Source: Synechococcus sp. | GTDB taxonomy: Bacteria > Cyanobacteriota > Cyanobacteriia > PCC-6307 > Cyanobiaceae | Assembly (NCBI GenBank): GCA_047284725.1 | Contig: JBJBEO010000001.1 | Span: 2,488,203-2,552,202, forward strand | Direction: 5' to 3' | Length of the DNA: 64,000 nt | Shown: positions 44,062 through 54,874 of the stretch, in pieces | How the letters are laid out: every line of letters begins with the position of its first letter | How positions within the stretch are numbered: the first letter of the stretch is position 1 | The notes under the pieces: model-generated | Told to the model about the DNA's origin: nothing | Database searches by the model: none | What the model saw: only the letters and a program-made list of their open reading frames with translations | Program-made: the position numbers and the translations under genes

Positions 44062-46662
44062 TCAGGCCCCCGCCAGCACTTTCGCTTCGTCGTCGGCGCT
44101 CACGACCCGGCCCTCGTCCTCGAAGCCGGAGATCTGGTCGAAGTTCAGATAGCGGTACAGCTCATCGGAGAGGGGATCGATTTTCGCGGCGGCAATGCTG
44201 CGGTACTCATCCGCGGTGGGGATCCGGCCCAGTTGGGCACACACGGCGGCCAGTTCGGCGCTTCCCAGATACACCTGGGCCCCTTTGCCGAGGCGGTTGT
44301 TGAAGTTGCGGGTGCTGGTGGAGAACACCGTGGTGTTGTCGTCGACGCGAGCCTGATTGCCCATGCAAAGCGAGCAACCGGGCATCTCCATCCGGGAGCC
44401 GGCGGCCTCGAAGGTGGCGTAATAGCCCTCCTGCTTGAGCATGTCCTCATCCATGCGCGTGGGGGGGCAGACCCACAACCTCGCCTTGTTCTCACCAGCC
44501 CCTTCCAGGACTTTGGCGGCGGCACGGTAGTGGCCGATGTTGGTCATGCAGGAGCCGATGAACACTTCCTGCACCGGGTCGCCAGACACCTCGCTCAGCA
44601 GCTTGACGTTGTCGGGATCGTTGGGGCAGGCCACCACGGGTTCGGTGAGCTCATCCAGGTTGATCTCCAGCACCTCGGCGTATTCGGCGTCGCTGTCGGC
44701 GCTGAGCAGCTGAGGGTTGGCCAACCAGGCCTCCATCGCCTTGATCCGACGGGCGAGGGTGCGGGCGTCGCTGTAGCCCCGGGCGATCATGTTCTTGAGC
44801 AGGGCCACGTTGCTGCGCAGGTATTCGCTCACGGTGTCTTCCGAGAGCTTGATCGTGCAGCCCGCACAGGAGCGCTCGGCGCTGGCATCGGTGAGTTCGA
44901 AGGCCTGTTCCAGCTTCAGGTCGGGGAGACCTTCGATCTCCATGATCCGGCCGTTGAAGAGGTTCTTCTTGTTGGCCTTCTCCACGGTGAGCAGCCCGCG
45001 CTGGATGGCGACCCAGGGGATGGCATTCACCACATCGCGCAGGGTGACGCCCGGCTGCAGAGAGCCGCTGAAGCGCACCAGCACCGATTCCGGCATGTCG
45101 AGGGGCATGGCGCCGATGGCGGCGGCGAAGGCCACCACACCGGAGCCCCCCGGGAAGGAGATGCCGAGGGGGAAGCGGGTGTGGCTGTCACCACCGGTGC
45201 CCACCGTGTCGGGCAGCAGCATGCGGTTGAGCCAGCTGTGGATGATGCCGTCTCCGGGGCGGAGGGCCACACCGCCGCGCTGGGCGAAGAAGTCGGGCAG
45301 GTCTTTCTGGGTCTGCAGGTCGACCGGCTTGGGGTAGGCCGCCGTGTGGCAGAAGCTCTGCATCACCAGATCGGAGGAGAAGCCCAGGCAGGCCAGCTCC
45401 TTCATCTCATCGCGGGTCATCGGCCCGGTGGTGTCCTGGGAGCCCACGGTGGTCATCAGAGGCTCGCAGCTGGTGCCGGGTCTGACTCCGGGCAGACCAC
45501 AGGCTTTGCCCACCATCTTCTGGGCCAGGGTGAAGCCCTTGCCGGTGTCGGCCGGAGCGGACGGACGGATGAACAGATCGGAGGCGGGCAACCCCAGCTG
45601 ATTGCGCACCTTGTCGGTGAGGGCACGGCCGATCATCAGGGGGATGCGGCCACCGGCGCGCACTTCGTCGCTGATGGTGCTCGGTTTCAACGCAAACCGC
45701 GCCACGATCTCGCCGGCCGCGGCTTCACCAGCCGCGCGTTCAATCGTGCCGGCATGGGGGCGGATCGTGATCACATCACCCGTGTTGAGCTGGGTGACAT
45801 CGCATTCGATCGGCAGGGCGCCGGAGTCTTCGGCGGTGTTGAAAAAGATGGGGGCGATCTTGCCGCCCAGAATCACGCCGCCAGCACGCTTGTTGGGCAC
45901 GTGGGGAATGTCGTTGCCCGTGTGCCACAGCACTGAGTTGATCGCTGATTTACGGGAACTCCCCGTTCCGACCACATCGCCCACATAGGCCACGGGGTGA
46001 CCTTTCTGTTTGAGCGCAGCCAGGGTGGTCAGTCCTTCCGGGTCACGGGTCTCCAGCATCGCCAGAGCGTGCAGGGGGATGTCCGGCCGGGTGGTGGCGT
46101 GGGTGGCAGGGGACAGATCGTCTGTGTTGGTCTCTCCATCCACCTTGAACACGGTGACGGTGATCTCCTTGGCCAGTTCGGGCTTGCTGGTGAACCATTC
46201 ACCGGCTGCCCAGCTGTCGACCACCTGTTGAGCGAAGCGGTTGCTGGCGGCCAGCTCCATCACTTCGTTGTAGGCGTCGTAGACGAGCAGGGTGCGGCTC
46301 AGGCCTTCGGCGGCACAACCGGCCAGGGCGGAATCGCTGTGCTGCAGCAGCTCGATCAGGGCTGCGACGTTGTAGCCGCCCACCATGGTTCCGAGCAGAC
46401 GAACGGCGTCGAGGGGTGACACCAGGGGGCTGCTGGCCGTGCCCTGGGCGACGGCGCTGAGCCAGGTGGCTTTGACGTAGGCGGCTTCGTCCACACCAGG
46501 GGGAATCCGTTCACTGAGCAGATGCAGCAGCTCCTGTTCCTCGCCAGCGGGAGGGGCTTGCAGCAGTTCGGTGAGTGCCTGGGTCTGTTCGGCAGTCAGC
46601 GGCAGGGGAGGGATCCCCTGGGCGGTCCGTTCAGCGGCGCTTGCGCGGTAGGCACTCAGCAT
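44062..46662 (-). CDS. acnB: Aconitate hydratase B
   Basis: [48 protein letters not shown]. Confidence 0.97.
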   Translation of the reverse strand: MLSAYRASAAERTAQGIPPLPLTAEQTQALTELLQAPPAGEEQELLHLLSERIPPGVDEAAYVKATWLSAVAQGTASSPLVSPLDAVRLLGTMVGGYNVAALIELLQHSDSALAGCAAEGLSRTLLVYDAYNEVMELAASNRFAQQVVDSWAAGEWFTSKPELAKEITVTVFKVDGETNTDDLSPATHATTRPDIPLHALAMLETRDPEGLTTLAALKQKGHPVAYVGDVVGTGSSRKSAINSVLWHTGNDIPHVPNKRAGGVILGGKIAPIFFNTAEDSGALPIECDVTQLNTGDVITIRPHAGTIERAAGEAAAGEIVARFALKPSTISDEVRAGGRIPLMIGRALTDKVRNQLGLPASDLFIRPSAPADTGKGFTLAQKMVGKACGLPGVRPGTSCEPLMTTVGSQDTTGPMTRDEMKELACLGFSSDLVMQSFCHTAAYPKPVDLQTQKDLPDFFAQRGGVALRPGDGIIHSWLNRMLLPDTVGTGGDSHTRFPLGISFPGGSGVVAFAAAIGAMPLDMPESVLVRFSGSLQPGVTLRDVVNAIPWVAIQRGLLTVEKANKKNLFNGRIMEIEGLPDLKLEQAFELTDASAERSCAGCTIKLSEDTVSEYLRSNVALLKNMIARGYSDARTLARRIKAMEAWLANPQLLSADSDAEYAEVLEINLDELTEPVVACPNDPDNVKLLSEVSGDPVQEVFIGSCMTNIGHYRAAAKVLEGAGENKARLWVCPPTRMDEDMLKQEGYYATFEAAGSRMEMPGCSLCMGNQARVDDNTTVFSTSTRNFNNRLGKGAQVYLGSAELAAVCAQLGRIPTADEYRSIAAAKIDPLSDELYRYLNFDQISGFEDEGRVVSADDEAKVLAGA

Positions 46663-46777
46663 CGGGATGGGTCCTCGGACAGTGGTCGTTGCATCCATTC
46701 TTCTTCCTGACGGGTCCGCTCCTGGTGATGAATGCATCCAGAGGCATACGTAACCTGGGATTTTCTCGGCCAGGGGT

Positions 46778-47839
46778 ATGACCACCACTTCCGATCTCCA
46801 TGTGGTGGACACCCGCCCTTTGCTGGCTCCTCAACTGCTCCACGGCGATCTTCCCCTGGAAGTCGGCGCTGCCCAGACGGTGTCGGATGCCCGCCTGCGC
46901 ATCCAGGACATTCTCAGTGGGGATGACCGTCGACTGCTGGTGATCGTCGGGCCGTGTTCGGTCCACGACGTGGATGCCGCGCGGGAGTACGCCCGACGGC
47001 TGGCCCCCCTGAGGGACCGTCACCGTGGGGAGCTGGAAGTGGTGATGCGGGTGTATTTCGAGAAGCCACGCACCACCGTTGGTTGGAAGGGCCTGATCAA
47101 TGACCCCCATCTCGATGGTTCGTACGACATCAACACCGGACTGCGTCTGTCGAGGGGGTTGCTGCTCGATCTGGCCCGGGAGGGGATGCCCACCGCCACG
47201 GAATTGCTGGATCCCGTGGTGCCCCAGTACATCGCTGATCTGATCAGCTGGACCGCCATCGGTGCCCGCACCACCGAGAGCCAGACCCACCGCGAGATGG
47301 CGTCCGGCCTGTCGATGCCGATCGGCTACAAGAACAGCACCGATGGCAGTGCCACCATCGCCATCAATGCGATGCAGGCTGCGTCGAAGCCGCACCATTT
47401 TCTTGGGATCAATCAGGGCGGTCAGGCGTCGATCGTGAGCACCACTGGCAATCCCTATGGCCATCTGGTGCTGCGGGGTGGCAACAGGGGCACGAACTAT
47501 CACCCGGAAGCGATTGCCTCGGCCGCGGCTGAGCTCAGCAAGGCCGGTCTGCCGGATCGTCTGATGGTGGATTGCAGCCATGGCAATTCCAACAAGGACT
47601 ATCGCCGTCAACGTGAGGTGCTGCAGGCCATTGCCGACCAGGTGCGCCAGGGGTCAACGCATGTGATGGGGGTGATGCTCGAGAGCCATCTGGTGGAAGG
47701 CAATCAGAAGCTCAGTGCTGACCGCACAGCGATGACCTATGGCCAGAGCGTGACCGATGCCTGCATCAGTTTCGACACCACGGCGGATCTGTTGGATCAG
47801 CTGGCGGCGGCGGTGGCCGCCTCGCGCACTGCCGCATGA
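46778..47839 (+). CDS. DAHP synthase, class I-alpha (AroF/G/H)
   Basis: [38 protein letters not shown]. Confidence 0.95.
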   Translation: MTTTSDLHVVDTRPLLAPQLLHGDLPLEVGAAQTVSDARLRIQDILSGDDRRLLVIVGPCSVHDVDAAREYARRLAPLRDRHRGELEVVMRVYFEKPRTTVGWKGLINDPHLDGSYDINTGLRLSRGLLLDLAREGMPTATELLDPVVPQYIADLISWTAIGARTTESQTHREMASGLSMPIGYKNSTDGSATIAINAMQAASKPHHFLGINQGGQASIVSTTGNPYGHLVLRGGNRGTNYHPEAIASAAAELSKAGLPDRLMVDCSHGNSNKDYRRQREVLQAIADQVRQGSTHVMGVMLESHLVEGNQKLSADRTAMTYGQSVTDACISFDTTADLLDQLAAAVAASRTAA

Positions 47840-47965
47840 GCTGGCACTCTCGTCCTCCGAGTGCCAGCTTTGTTTTTAATTAGTGCCTCGATGTAAGGCT
47901 TGTTGTTGATTCGTTCGTGATGAACTTCGCCCGCGTTTGTGATCACTAAATTGTGCACAGAGCGC

Positions 47966-48301
47966 ATGGAGCCTTGGTTCTTGATGTTCCTCCATTTTTT
48001 TGGTTTTGCAGACTCACTGCGTCTGTTTGAGCTGGAGCAGACCACGGGGCTGTGCCTGCGCGGCTTTCGTCCCCTCCAGCTCGATGCGTTGCTGCTGTGG
48101 AGTCAAGGCGTGGCTGGGCAGCAGCATTGGGATCAAGAGGCTCTTCAGCAGCAGGTGATGCAGACCTGGATGGAGCGTGCTGATCAGATTGTTCGGTGGC
48201 AGGCAGGGCTGCAGCGTCTTCCCGATGACCAGGTGCTGGTGGCTGGCCTGGGAAGTCAGGGGGACTGGCGTCGCCATTGGGAGCGAATGCTGCGGAGTTA
48301 G
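47966..48301 (+). CDS. Hypothetical protein whose 3' end is an apparent integration site
   Basis: High-GC host-like codon usage; last 8 codons plus stop duplicated at 49442-49471; start uncertain. Confidence 0.6.
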   Translation: MEPWFLMFLHFFGFADSLRLFELEQTTGLCLRGFRPLQLDALLLWSQGVAGQQHWDQEALQQQVMQTWMERADQIVRWQAGLQRLPDDQVLVAGLGSQGDWRRHWERMLRS

Positions 48302-48303
48302 TT
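48274..48303 (+). repeat. Direct repeat copy 1 (attL-like)
   Basis: ccattgggagcgaatgctgcggagTtagtt; 29/30 identical to 49442-49471. Confidence 0.9.
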
Positions 48304-48398
48304 TGGGACTCGTTAAGAAGGTAGATACGGCCTTCAAGCGGCTCTCTGTTAAGGGTCTTGACCGCCAGGGTTGATAATCTCGCCGACGAGTTGGCATT

Positions 48399-48427
48399 AA
48401 AAAAGCCGGGAGGGACTCCCGGCTTTT
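48399..48427. terminator. Bidirectional intrinsic terminator
   Basis: aaaagccgggag-gga-ctcccggctttt perfect inverted repeat with A/T tails. Confidence 0.8.
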
Positions 48428-48448
48428 ACATCTAATCCTTATCAGTAA

Positions 48449-48727
48449 TCAAAGGATGACTGTGGGATTGCCAGGTGAAGAATTGTCTTCATTAACACCA
48501 AAGAGCGTGTCTCCAACGGAACCAATTTGATTGTCGAGAATGTCAAGAATGTTTCCAGTCCCTGAACCCATACCTGGAAACATCCCTTCAGCCGGGGCGA
48601 AAACGTCTGTGATTTGTTCCTTGATGCCTTCCGTTACGTCAGTGAAAAGCTCAAAATTTTCGCCGGTAATAGAGTCTGGAATGTTTGCTCGAAAATTGTC
48701 AGGGCGCATTAAATATTGAAAAATCAA
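48449..48727 (-). CDS. Hypothetical acidic protein or gene fragment
   Basis: TTG-started 92-aa ORF ending just before the terminator; the frame is open upstream apart from one TGA, so it may be a remnant. Confidence 0.35.
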   Translation of the reverse strand: MIFQYLMRPDNFRANIPDSITGENFELFTDVTEGIKEQITDVFAPAEGMFPGMGSGTGNILDILDNQIGSVGDTLFGVNEDNSSPGNPTVIL

Positions 48728-48875
48728 TTTATATTTTCAGGCCCAACAGGCTGGTGTCTGCTGATATTTTGCAAAGTAAATCGTGAGAATATCCTGATCT
48801 CTGCGCTGATCATGCTCCCGGAGTCGTCGGAAGTGCTTGGCGAGGCATTGGCGTTACCTGAGCTACAAGCGACCC

Positions 48876-49163
48876 TTAGCCCTGAGCGACGACTGGGCCG
48901 AGCTCAACGTTGATGAGTACCAGTTCGAACTGTGGATGGGCTGCCACCCAAGCCTTCGCGACCGTATTTGAGGCCTCGGCATGCTCTGGCGTATCAAACA
49001 CACTCACCGACAGCATGCGGCGCCCCTCCTCATTGGGATCGATCCACATGTAAGAGACGTACCCGGGCAACCCTTGGATCTGAGGGACGAAGCTCTCCTG
49101 AATAGCCTGACTTAAAGCGTGCGGATCACCGGTCACCTCGTATTGACGGATGGTGGCGTGCAT
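48876..49163 (-). CDS. ABM-like (dimeric alpha/beta barrel) small protein
   Basis: FVPQIQGLPGYVSY...SVSVFDTPEHAEAS...AKAWV resembles antibiotic biosynthesis monooxygenase-fold proteins. Confidence 0.7.
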   Translation of the reverse strand: MHATIRQYEVTGDPHALSQAIQESFVPQIQGLPGYVSYMWIDPNEEGRRMLSVSVFDTPEHAEASNTVAKAWVAAHPQFELVLINVELGPVVAQG

Positions 49164-49441
49164 GTCGTCTGGGGGGAATGTCGGAGGTATAGCTGCCGTC
49201 AGGACAAGCCCAAAGCCTTAGGCCTGATCTCTTCCAAATCAAGCGTTAGGACGTGTCGTCATCGTTGTCGGAGCGAGAGCACCCCTTAAGCCATCGATAG
49301 GGCTGCACCGTCTGTCTGGCGGTGCAGCTTATGTTGGTTTGTGGTTATCGCTCAGGTCTCTTGGTTGATGTTTGGGTTGATATTTTGCGTATCAACACTC
49401 GGCTAAAGCCGTTGCAATGACTGGGTTTTTGAGATCATAGC

Positions 49442-49471
49442 CCATTGGGAGCGAATGCTGCGGAGCTAGTT
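49442..49471 (+). repeat. Direct repeat copy 2 (attR-like)
   Basis: ccattgggagcgaatgctgcggagCtagtt. Confidence 0.9.
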
Positions 49472-49679
49472 GGATCTCTCGTCATTCCCCTGCTTCAAAG
49501 GGCGCAGCGCGTCGACTGACCTGTCGAATCCCGTTGCATGCAATGCGTGATTCATCGCTGACTATTTTGATTGCGCTCTCAGACCACTCATCTGCTGCGT
49601 CCAAGTTCAAAGATTTGGTCAGCAAAGTCTGGCTGAAGAGCTGAAATGGTATAAAATAGACAAAATAGATCAGTAAATC

Positions 49680-52600
49680 ATGTCTGCGCTTTTAGATCTT
49701 GGCTTCTTTGGTTCAAAGAAAAAGAATCATCTTCTCGACACTCTCGACGGTCAGTTCGTTAATCCCAGCAATGCTCAATCTCGGTCTAATTTTGCTGTAA
49801 ATAGTGAGATTGTAGATTTATCTTACCCTACTCTTTGTAGTTGTTCGTATTGTTGCGGCCAAGTAGCTACAACGAGTCATTTCGATAACAGGCCAGGTCA
49901 AGCTGATGATAAGATTCCGCCGTTTGTTGATGTAGGAAATGGCAAAAAAGTAGCCGAGCTTGATGCATACAACGCAGCAACTGACTACTCTTTTAGCAGC
50001 ACATCTCAGCAGCAGTCCTGGAGTGAAGGCGAAAGTATCACGCTGACCTGGAGCATTGTTCTGGATGGCACAACAATTTTTGCAGCCTATCCAGGCGAAG
50101 GACAAGAGACGGGAGGGAGCAATCTTCAGGCAAAACTGACCGCACTCTATGGAAGCGAGGAGATTTGGCTGTCTTTATTCCAGCAATCATTTGACCGAAT
50201 ATCATCGATCAGTGGCGTTAATTATGTTTATGTCGACTATGACGATGGCGCATCCATAGGTGGCACTAATAATACCGGGGTGGATGGAGTAAGGGCGGAT
50301 ATTCGCATTGGCGGTATAACAATAGACGGCGCTGGTGGGATTTTAGCTTACAATTATTTTCCCGATTACGGTGATATGGTTATAGATACTTCAGAGCTTG
50401 AAGGTCAAGGATATTTCACAAGCACGGGTTCAAATTCACTGGCTTTTAGGAATATGATCCAACATGAAGCTCTCCATGGCTTAGGAATTTCCCATACAGA
50501 AAGCTCTGATTCCAGTTTTCTCATGGAGCCATTCATTAATACAAGCTTTGATGGCGTTCAATACGATGACATCTCGGCTGTGCAGAGTCGGTATGGTGAT
50601 GCCCTTGAGCAAGGTGCAGGAAATAACAGTTTTTCAACAGCATACGATCTTGGCCTGGCGAGTTCCAGCTTGAGCATTGGTTTTGATTCCATTGATATGC
50701 GCGTTGAGCCTGATGAGGTCAGTTTTTACTCGATTCATAATGCCTCTGATGTTGATTATTTTTATTTCGGTATCAGCCAAGCCTCTATACTATCTCTCAC
50801 GCTGACGCCTACTGGGCCTAGCTATCGACAATCACCTCAAGGAGGTGATGAGTTTTTCTATGACGCCTCGAGTCAGAACAATCTTGGCTTTAATGTTTAT
50901 GACTCCAGCCAAAATCTAATTGTAGAAGTTGACAATGGGTCGCTTGGTTTTCAGGATGCTTGGAGCAGTGATTTTGCTCTTGCCGGCAATTATTACGTAA
51001 AAATCTTTGGGACGTCTGGTGTGTTTGACACATACCAGAGTTATCAATTTGATATTGCTTTAGAACCAGCGACTCCTAATCAATCACCAACAGCAAGCAA
51101 TGATGATGTGCAGATACAGGAAGATACATCGGTTAGCATTGATGTTTTGTTGAATGATAGCGATCCAGATGCCGATATCCTCGTGATTTCAAGCTTTGAC
51201 ACGAATTCATTGCAGGGGGGGCAAGTTGTTCTCAATCAGGTCACTAATGAGCTTGAGTATACCCCAGTCTTGAATTTTTTTGGTACAGATCAATTCACGT
51301 ATCAAGTCAGTGATGGTAACGGTGGCTTCGACACTGCAACTGTTCAGATTAATGTGCTCGCTGTCAATGACGATCCTGTTGCCAATAATGACACAGCCAC
51401 AACAGAACAAGAAACTCCGGTCATCGTCAATGTTCTTGCCAACGATGAGGATGTAGATGGTGATGCATTAGAGCTGATGAGCACCTCAGAGCCGTTAAAT
51501 GGGTCGGTATCCATTAGCAATGGAGAAGTTGTGTACACTCCCAATTCGGGTTTTACGGGTGATGATTCATTCACTTATATCGTGTCTGATGGTCTACTCA
51601 GCAGCTCTGCCGAAGTGACCATTACTGTTAATCCTATGAGCGAAGTGGTCACCGCTCTAGATGCTGAGCGAGTAGATGGTGATTTCGGTAATTACATTGA
51701 AAATACCAGTGTTGAAGGAACTTTTGTCAAAGGTGATGGAATTAGCGCAGTGCTTAGAGAGGAGATTCAGCCGGTCACTGGAGGGAGAAAGCCAAAAAAC
51801 GGCAGTGTCTTAGATCGCGTTTGGGAATTTTCAGGGCTTAATTCAGCAACTTCCTTCACGGTTACTGCATCGCTTGATGGTTTCGATCAAGATGAGATCC
51901 AGTTCTCTTATTCAACGGATCTTTCTGGTGGATGGATCGATTTCTCGGCTATCCGAGTCAATTCATCCTCTTTGACCACCTATACACAAGAAGGCCTTTC
52001 CCTGTCGGGAACAGTGTATGTAAGAGCTGTTGACACTGACCGATCTCCATCCAATGGCAATAGCACGCCAGATCTTTCTGAACTTTCCATTGATTTTATG
52101 GGTTTTGAGCAGGTGAATGATCCCAGTAATGGTGGGCCCGGGTCTCTGACAGCCATCGGTGGAGATCCAGTCGTTGGTTCAACACTAGTCGCGCCTGAAG
52201 TGATTGGGGATCCAGATGGATTTACCAAGTATCTTGAATACAAGTGGTATGTCAGCGGTACTGAAGTAAAAACGTATGTTCCAGGTTCTGAGGGTAATCC
52301 AGATCTATTGGTTTCTGAAGATTATTTAGATTTAGGTAAAGAGATTACTGTTGTAGTCAGATACTTAGATGGTGAAGGATACGAGGAGAGTGTGACATCC
52401 GAATCAGTGACAATTTCTCTCCCGGCTCCTGGTAATGTTATTGAATTCACCGCTGACAGAGATGAGTTGTTGGGAGTAGAAAATAGCGTCGATTTGTTTA
52501 CGTTGAATAATCTGACTGACGCGCTTGTTGGCGGTGGCAGGAATCCAAGCACTGACAGCATTACTGGGCTTGAGCTCAGTTCAGATAAGTTGGATTTTAC

Positions 52601-52868
52601 TTCTGCAAATCAAGCCGCAGACTGGAGGGGCGATGGAAGATATGTAGGTGATGCGCGAAGCCTCAAGAATCGTGATCTAGGGCGTTTGCTGACATCTTCG
52701 GCTTTTCAAGCAAACGATATTGTTGCATTTTCTGTGAGTGGTGACAATCAATCGATTTATTTGGCTGTCAATGATCAATTCAATGGGTTTGATAACTCCA
52801 CTGACGCCATTATAAGATTGATCGGCATTGAACAGTCAGATGTGAATAATATTATGCTCGTAGCCTAA
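49680..52868 (+). CDS. Large extracellular metzincin (M10/matrixin-like) protease with PPC-like domain, two Ig/cadherin-like repeats and a bluetail-like C-terminus
   Basis: HEALHGLGISH zinc motif plus Met-turn FLMEP; DVDYFYF...GNYYVKI; repeats PTASNDD...VLLNDSDPD...FTYQVSDG and PVANND...VLANDEDVD...FTYIVSDG; C-terminal YLAVNDQFNGFDNSTDAII. Confidence 0.85.
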   Translation: MSALLDLGFFGSKKKNHLLDTLDGQFVNPSNAQSRSNFAVNSEIVDLSYPTLCSCSYCCGQVATTSHFDNRPGQADDKIPPFVDVGNGKKVAELDAYNAATDYSFSSTSQQQSWSEGESITLTWSIVLDGTTIFAAYPGEGQETGGSNLQAKLTALYGSEEIWLSLFQQSFDRISSISGVNYVYVDYDDGASIGGTNNTGVDGVRADIRIGGITIDGAGGILAYNYFPDYGDMVIDTSELEGQGYFTSTGSNSLAFRNMIQHEALHGLGISHTESSDSSFLMEPFINTSFDGVQYDDISAVQSRYGDALEQGAGNNSFSTAYDLGLASSSLSIGFDSIDMRVEPDEVSFYSIHNASDVDYFYFGISQASILSLTLTPTGPSYRQSPQGGDEFFYDASSQNNLGFNVYDSSQNLIVEVDNGSLGFQDAWSSDFALAGNYYVKIFGTSGVFDTYQSYQFDIALEPATPNQSPTASNDDVQIQEDTSVSIDVLLNDSDPDADILVISSFDTNSLQGGQVVLNQVTNELEYTPVLNFFGTDQFTYQVSDGNGGFDTATVQINVLAVNDDPVANNDTATTEQETPVIVNVLANDEDVDGDALELMSTSEPLNGSVSISNGEVVYTPNSGFTGDDSFTYIVSDGLLSSSAEVTITVNPMSEVVTALDAERVDGDFGNYIENTSVEGTFVKGDGISAVLREEIQPVTGGRKPKNGSVLDRVWEFSGLNSATSFTVTASLDGFDQDEIQFSYSTDLSGGWIDFSAIRVNSSSLTTYTQEGLSLSGTVYVRAVDTDRSPSNGNSTPDLSELSIDFMGFEQVNDPSNGGPGSLTAIGGDPVVGSTLVAPEVIGDPDGFTKYLEYKWYVSGTEVKTYVPGSEGNPDLLVSEDYLDLGKEITVVVRYLDGEGYEESVTSESVTISLPAPGNVIEFTADRDELLGVENSVDLFTLNNLTDALVGGGRNPSTDSITGLELSSDKLDFTSANQAADWRGDGRYVGDARSLKNRDLGRLLTSSAFQANDIVAFSVSGDNQSIYLAVNDQFNGFDNSTDAIIRLIGIEQSDVNNIMLVA

Positions 52869-52969
52869 TTTGATGTTCGCTAAATAAGTTTGTCCTCATG
52901 CTGATGAGGGTCCTCGACCCTATTAATAGTCATTGTGGCCATTGTGAGAATGAACCGCTGAGATTTGGC

Positions 52970-53620
52970 CTACGTGCTCAACCATTGCCAGCTCAGGCCG
53001 ACAGCCAGAGGCACCGTGAGATTGTCGATGCCCCAGCGGCTCACCTGTTCCAGTCCCACCGCCAGCAGACTGATCAGCAGCAAGCCTGTGGCATCCGGAT
53101 GGTGAGGGCTGAACAGGCTCAAACCAACTAGAACTCCAAGGCTGACCACGGCCATGGTGAGGGTTCCCGCGATTGATTTTGTCTGCCCCCAGATCTGCCA
53201 TCTGGCTGATGGCACGGCTCGGCCGATCAGTCCAGCCAGTCCATCGGCGGCAGCCATCACCAGCAAGCCAGCACAGGCGGCCTGCGGATGCTCTGGCCAG
53301 AACAGCACCAGCAGGATTGTGATGGCCAATCCATACGCGACCGTGCCATAACTTCGGCGATCCACATCCTCAACGGCTGGCAGCAATCGCCAGCGGTGGT
53401 TGATCAAGGCCACCACGGTGATCGCCCCGGCAATGGGTACGGCCCATCCCACAGGAATTGCAAAGTGCCACGCCAGGGGGAGCACCATGCCGCTGCCGAT
53501 GTGCACGATCTTGCGGCTCAGTTCCCGCTGCTCTGGCCAGCGGCTGCGGGCGAGCACCGCCGCGATCAGCACGCTACCGATCCATGCGGTGATCACACCG
53601 ATGCCGACCAGGGGAGGCAA
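52970..53620 (-). CDS. Phytol/dolichol kinase-like (CTP transferase family) membrane protein
   Basis: ELSRKIVHIGSG, ADGLAGLIGR, KSIAGT, IDNLTVPL. Confidence 0.88.
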   Translation of the reverse strand: MPPLVGIGVITAWIGSVLIAAVLARSRWPEQRELSRKIVHIGSGMVLPLAWHFAIPVGWAVPIAGAITVVALINHRWRLLPAVEDVDRRSYGTVAYGLAITILLVLFWPEHPQAACAGLLVMAAADGLAGLIGRAVPSARWQIWGQTKSIAGTLTMAVVSLGVLVGLSLFSPHHPDATGLLLISLLAVGLEQVSRWGIDNLTVPLAVGLSWQWLST

Positions 53621-53651
53621 GGCAGAGAGAGCAGAGAAGGCCTGAAGAATG

Positions 53652-54680
53652 TCAGGCCGCCTGCTGATGGTTCGTCATCGTGCGCAGCTTGAGGATGGCC
53701 TTGGCTTCCAGCTGGCGCACCCGCTCGCGCGAGACATTGATCTGGCGACCAATCTCCGCAAGGGTGAGGGGTTCTTCGCCATCGAGGCCGAAGCGCAGCC
53801 GCAGGATCTTCTGTTCCCGTTCGTTCAACTGCGAGAGCCAGCCGCCCAGGTGCTCCTTCTGGATGCTGCGGTCCATGCCCTCCATCGGCTCGTTGCCGTT
53901 GGGGTCGGGAATCAGTTCACCCAGGGTGCTGCGATCTTCTTCGCCACGGGCGTGAGCATCCAGCGAGGCGCAAGGAGCACTCTGGGAAATCAGGTCTTCC
54001 AGGTCTCGGGGTTCGATGCCCATGGCATTGGCCAGTTCGAGACGGTTCGGTTGACGACCGAAGCGGTGCGAGAGCTCCCTGGAGATGCGACGCATCTTGG
54101 AGAGTTTTTCGCTGATGTGAATGGGCAGGCGGATGGTGCGTGCGCTGTTGTCAATCGCTCGGGTCATGCCCTGGCGGATCCACCAGTAGGCATAGGTGGA
54201 AAATTTGTAGCCCATCGCCGGATCGAACTTGTCCACGGCGCGTTCCAGGCCGATGGCCCCTTCCTGCACCAGATCGAGCAGTTCCAGGCCCTGGTTCTGA
54301 TACTTCTTGGCAACACTCACCACAAGGCGAAGGTTGGCCGCCATCATCCGGTCACGGGCGCGTTTGCCCATGCGGATCTTGTGGCGATCCCGCGGGCTGC
54401 GCTCGTCTTCAGGCGTCTCCAGAAGTTGTTTCATCGCCTGCACATGGTGGGCAAGCTCAATTTCTTCGGCCGCTGTGAGGAGCGGAATCCTTCCGATACT
54501 GCTGAGGTAGTAGGCAATGGAGTCGGTGGAGAGTCGTCCACCCTGTTTGATCTGACGTGCCGCTTGTGAAGCACGACGTGACTCAGCAGTGTTGCGAACA
54601 CGGTTGGCGTTCGGCAACACAGGCTCCGACGGAGTGATGCGTTGGGCATCATCCGTGGATTCCAGAGGGATCCCCATCAC
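53652..54680 (-). CDS. Group 2 sigma-70 factor (RpoD-like)
   Basis: ANLRLVVSVAKKY, DLVQEGAIGL, FSTYAYWWIRQ, SRERVRQLE; no region 1.1. Confidence 0.95.
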   Translation of the reverse strand: MMGIPLESTDDAQRITPSEPVLPNANRVRNTAESRRASQAARQIKQGGRLSTDSIAYYLSSIGRIPLLTAAEEIELAHHVQAMKQLLETPEDERSPRDRHKIRMGKRARDRMMAANLRLVVSVAKKYQNQGLELLDLVQEGAIGLERAVDKFDPAMGYKFSTYAYWWIRQGMTRAIDNSARTIRLPIHISEKLSKMRRISRELSHRFGRQPNRLELANAMGIEPRDLEDLISQSAPCASLDAHARGEEDRSTLGELIPDPNGNEPMEGMDRSIQKEHLGGWLSQLNEREQKILRLRFGLDGEEPLTLAEIGRQINVSRERVRQLEAKAILKLRTMTNHQQAA

Positions 54681-54874
54681 CCTGGCCTCCTGAAATTAGA
54701 TTTGGGCGCAACTTAGCACCCGCTGAGCCAGCTGTTGCCCTTGATTCTGAAAATTTCACGAACAAATTCTTCCTGGGTTTTTGTGCTCATGCGGCGCGAA
54801 TTAGCTGTAATTTTTGCTTTGTTTTCGGTTTGTCTTGATCGCTTCTTGTGATTGTGAAGTAGCAATGATCACGT

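Noticed and set aside
52938..52952. Possible third degenerate att copy (gccattgtgagaatg) at the right end of the protease island
   Set aside because: Match is short and needs a gap; could arise by chance
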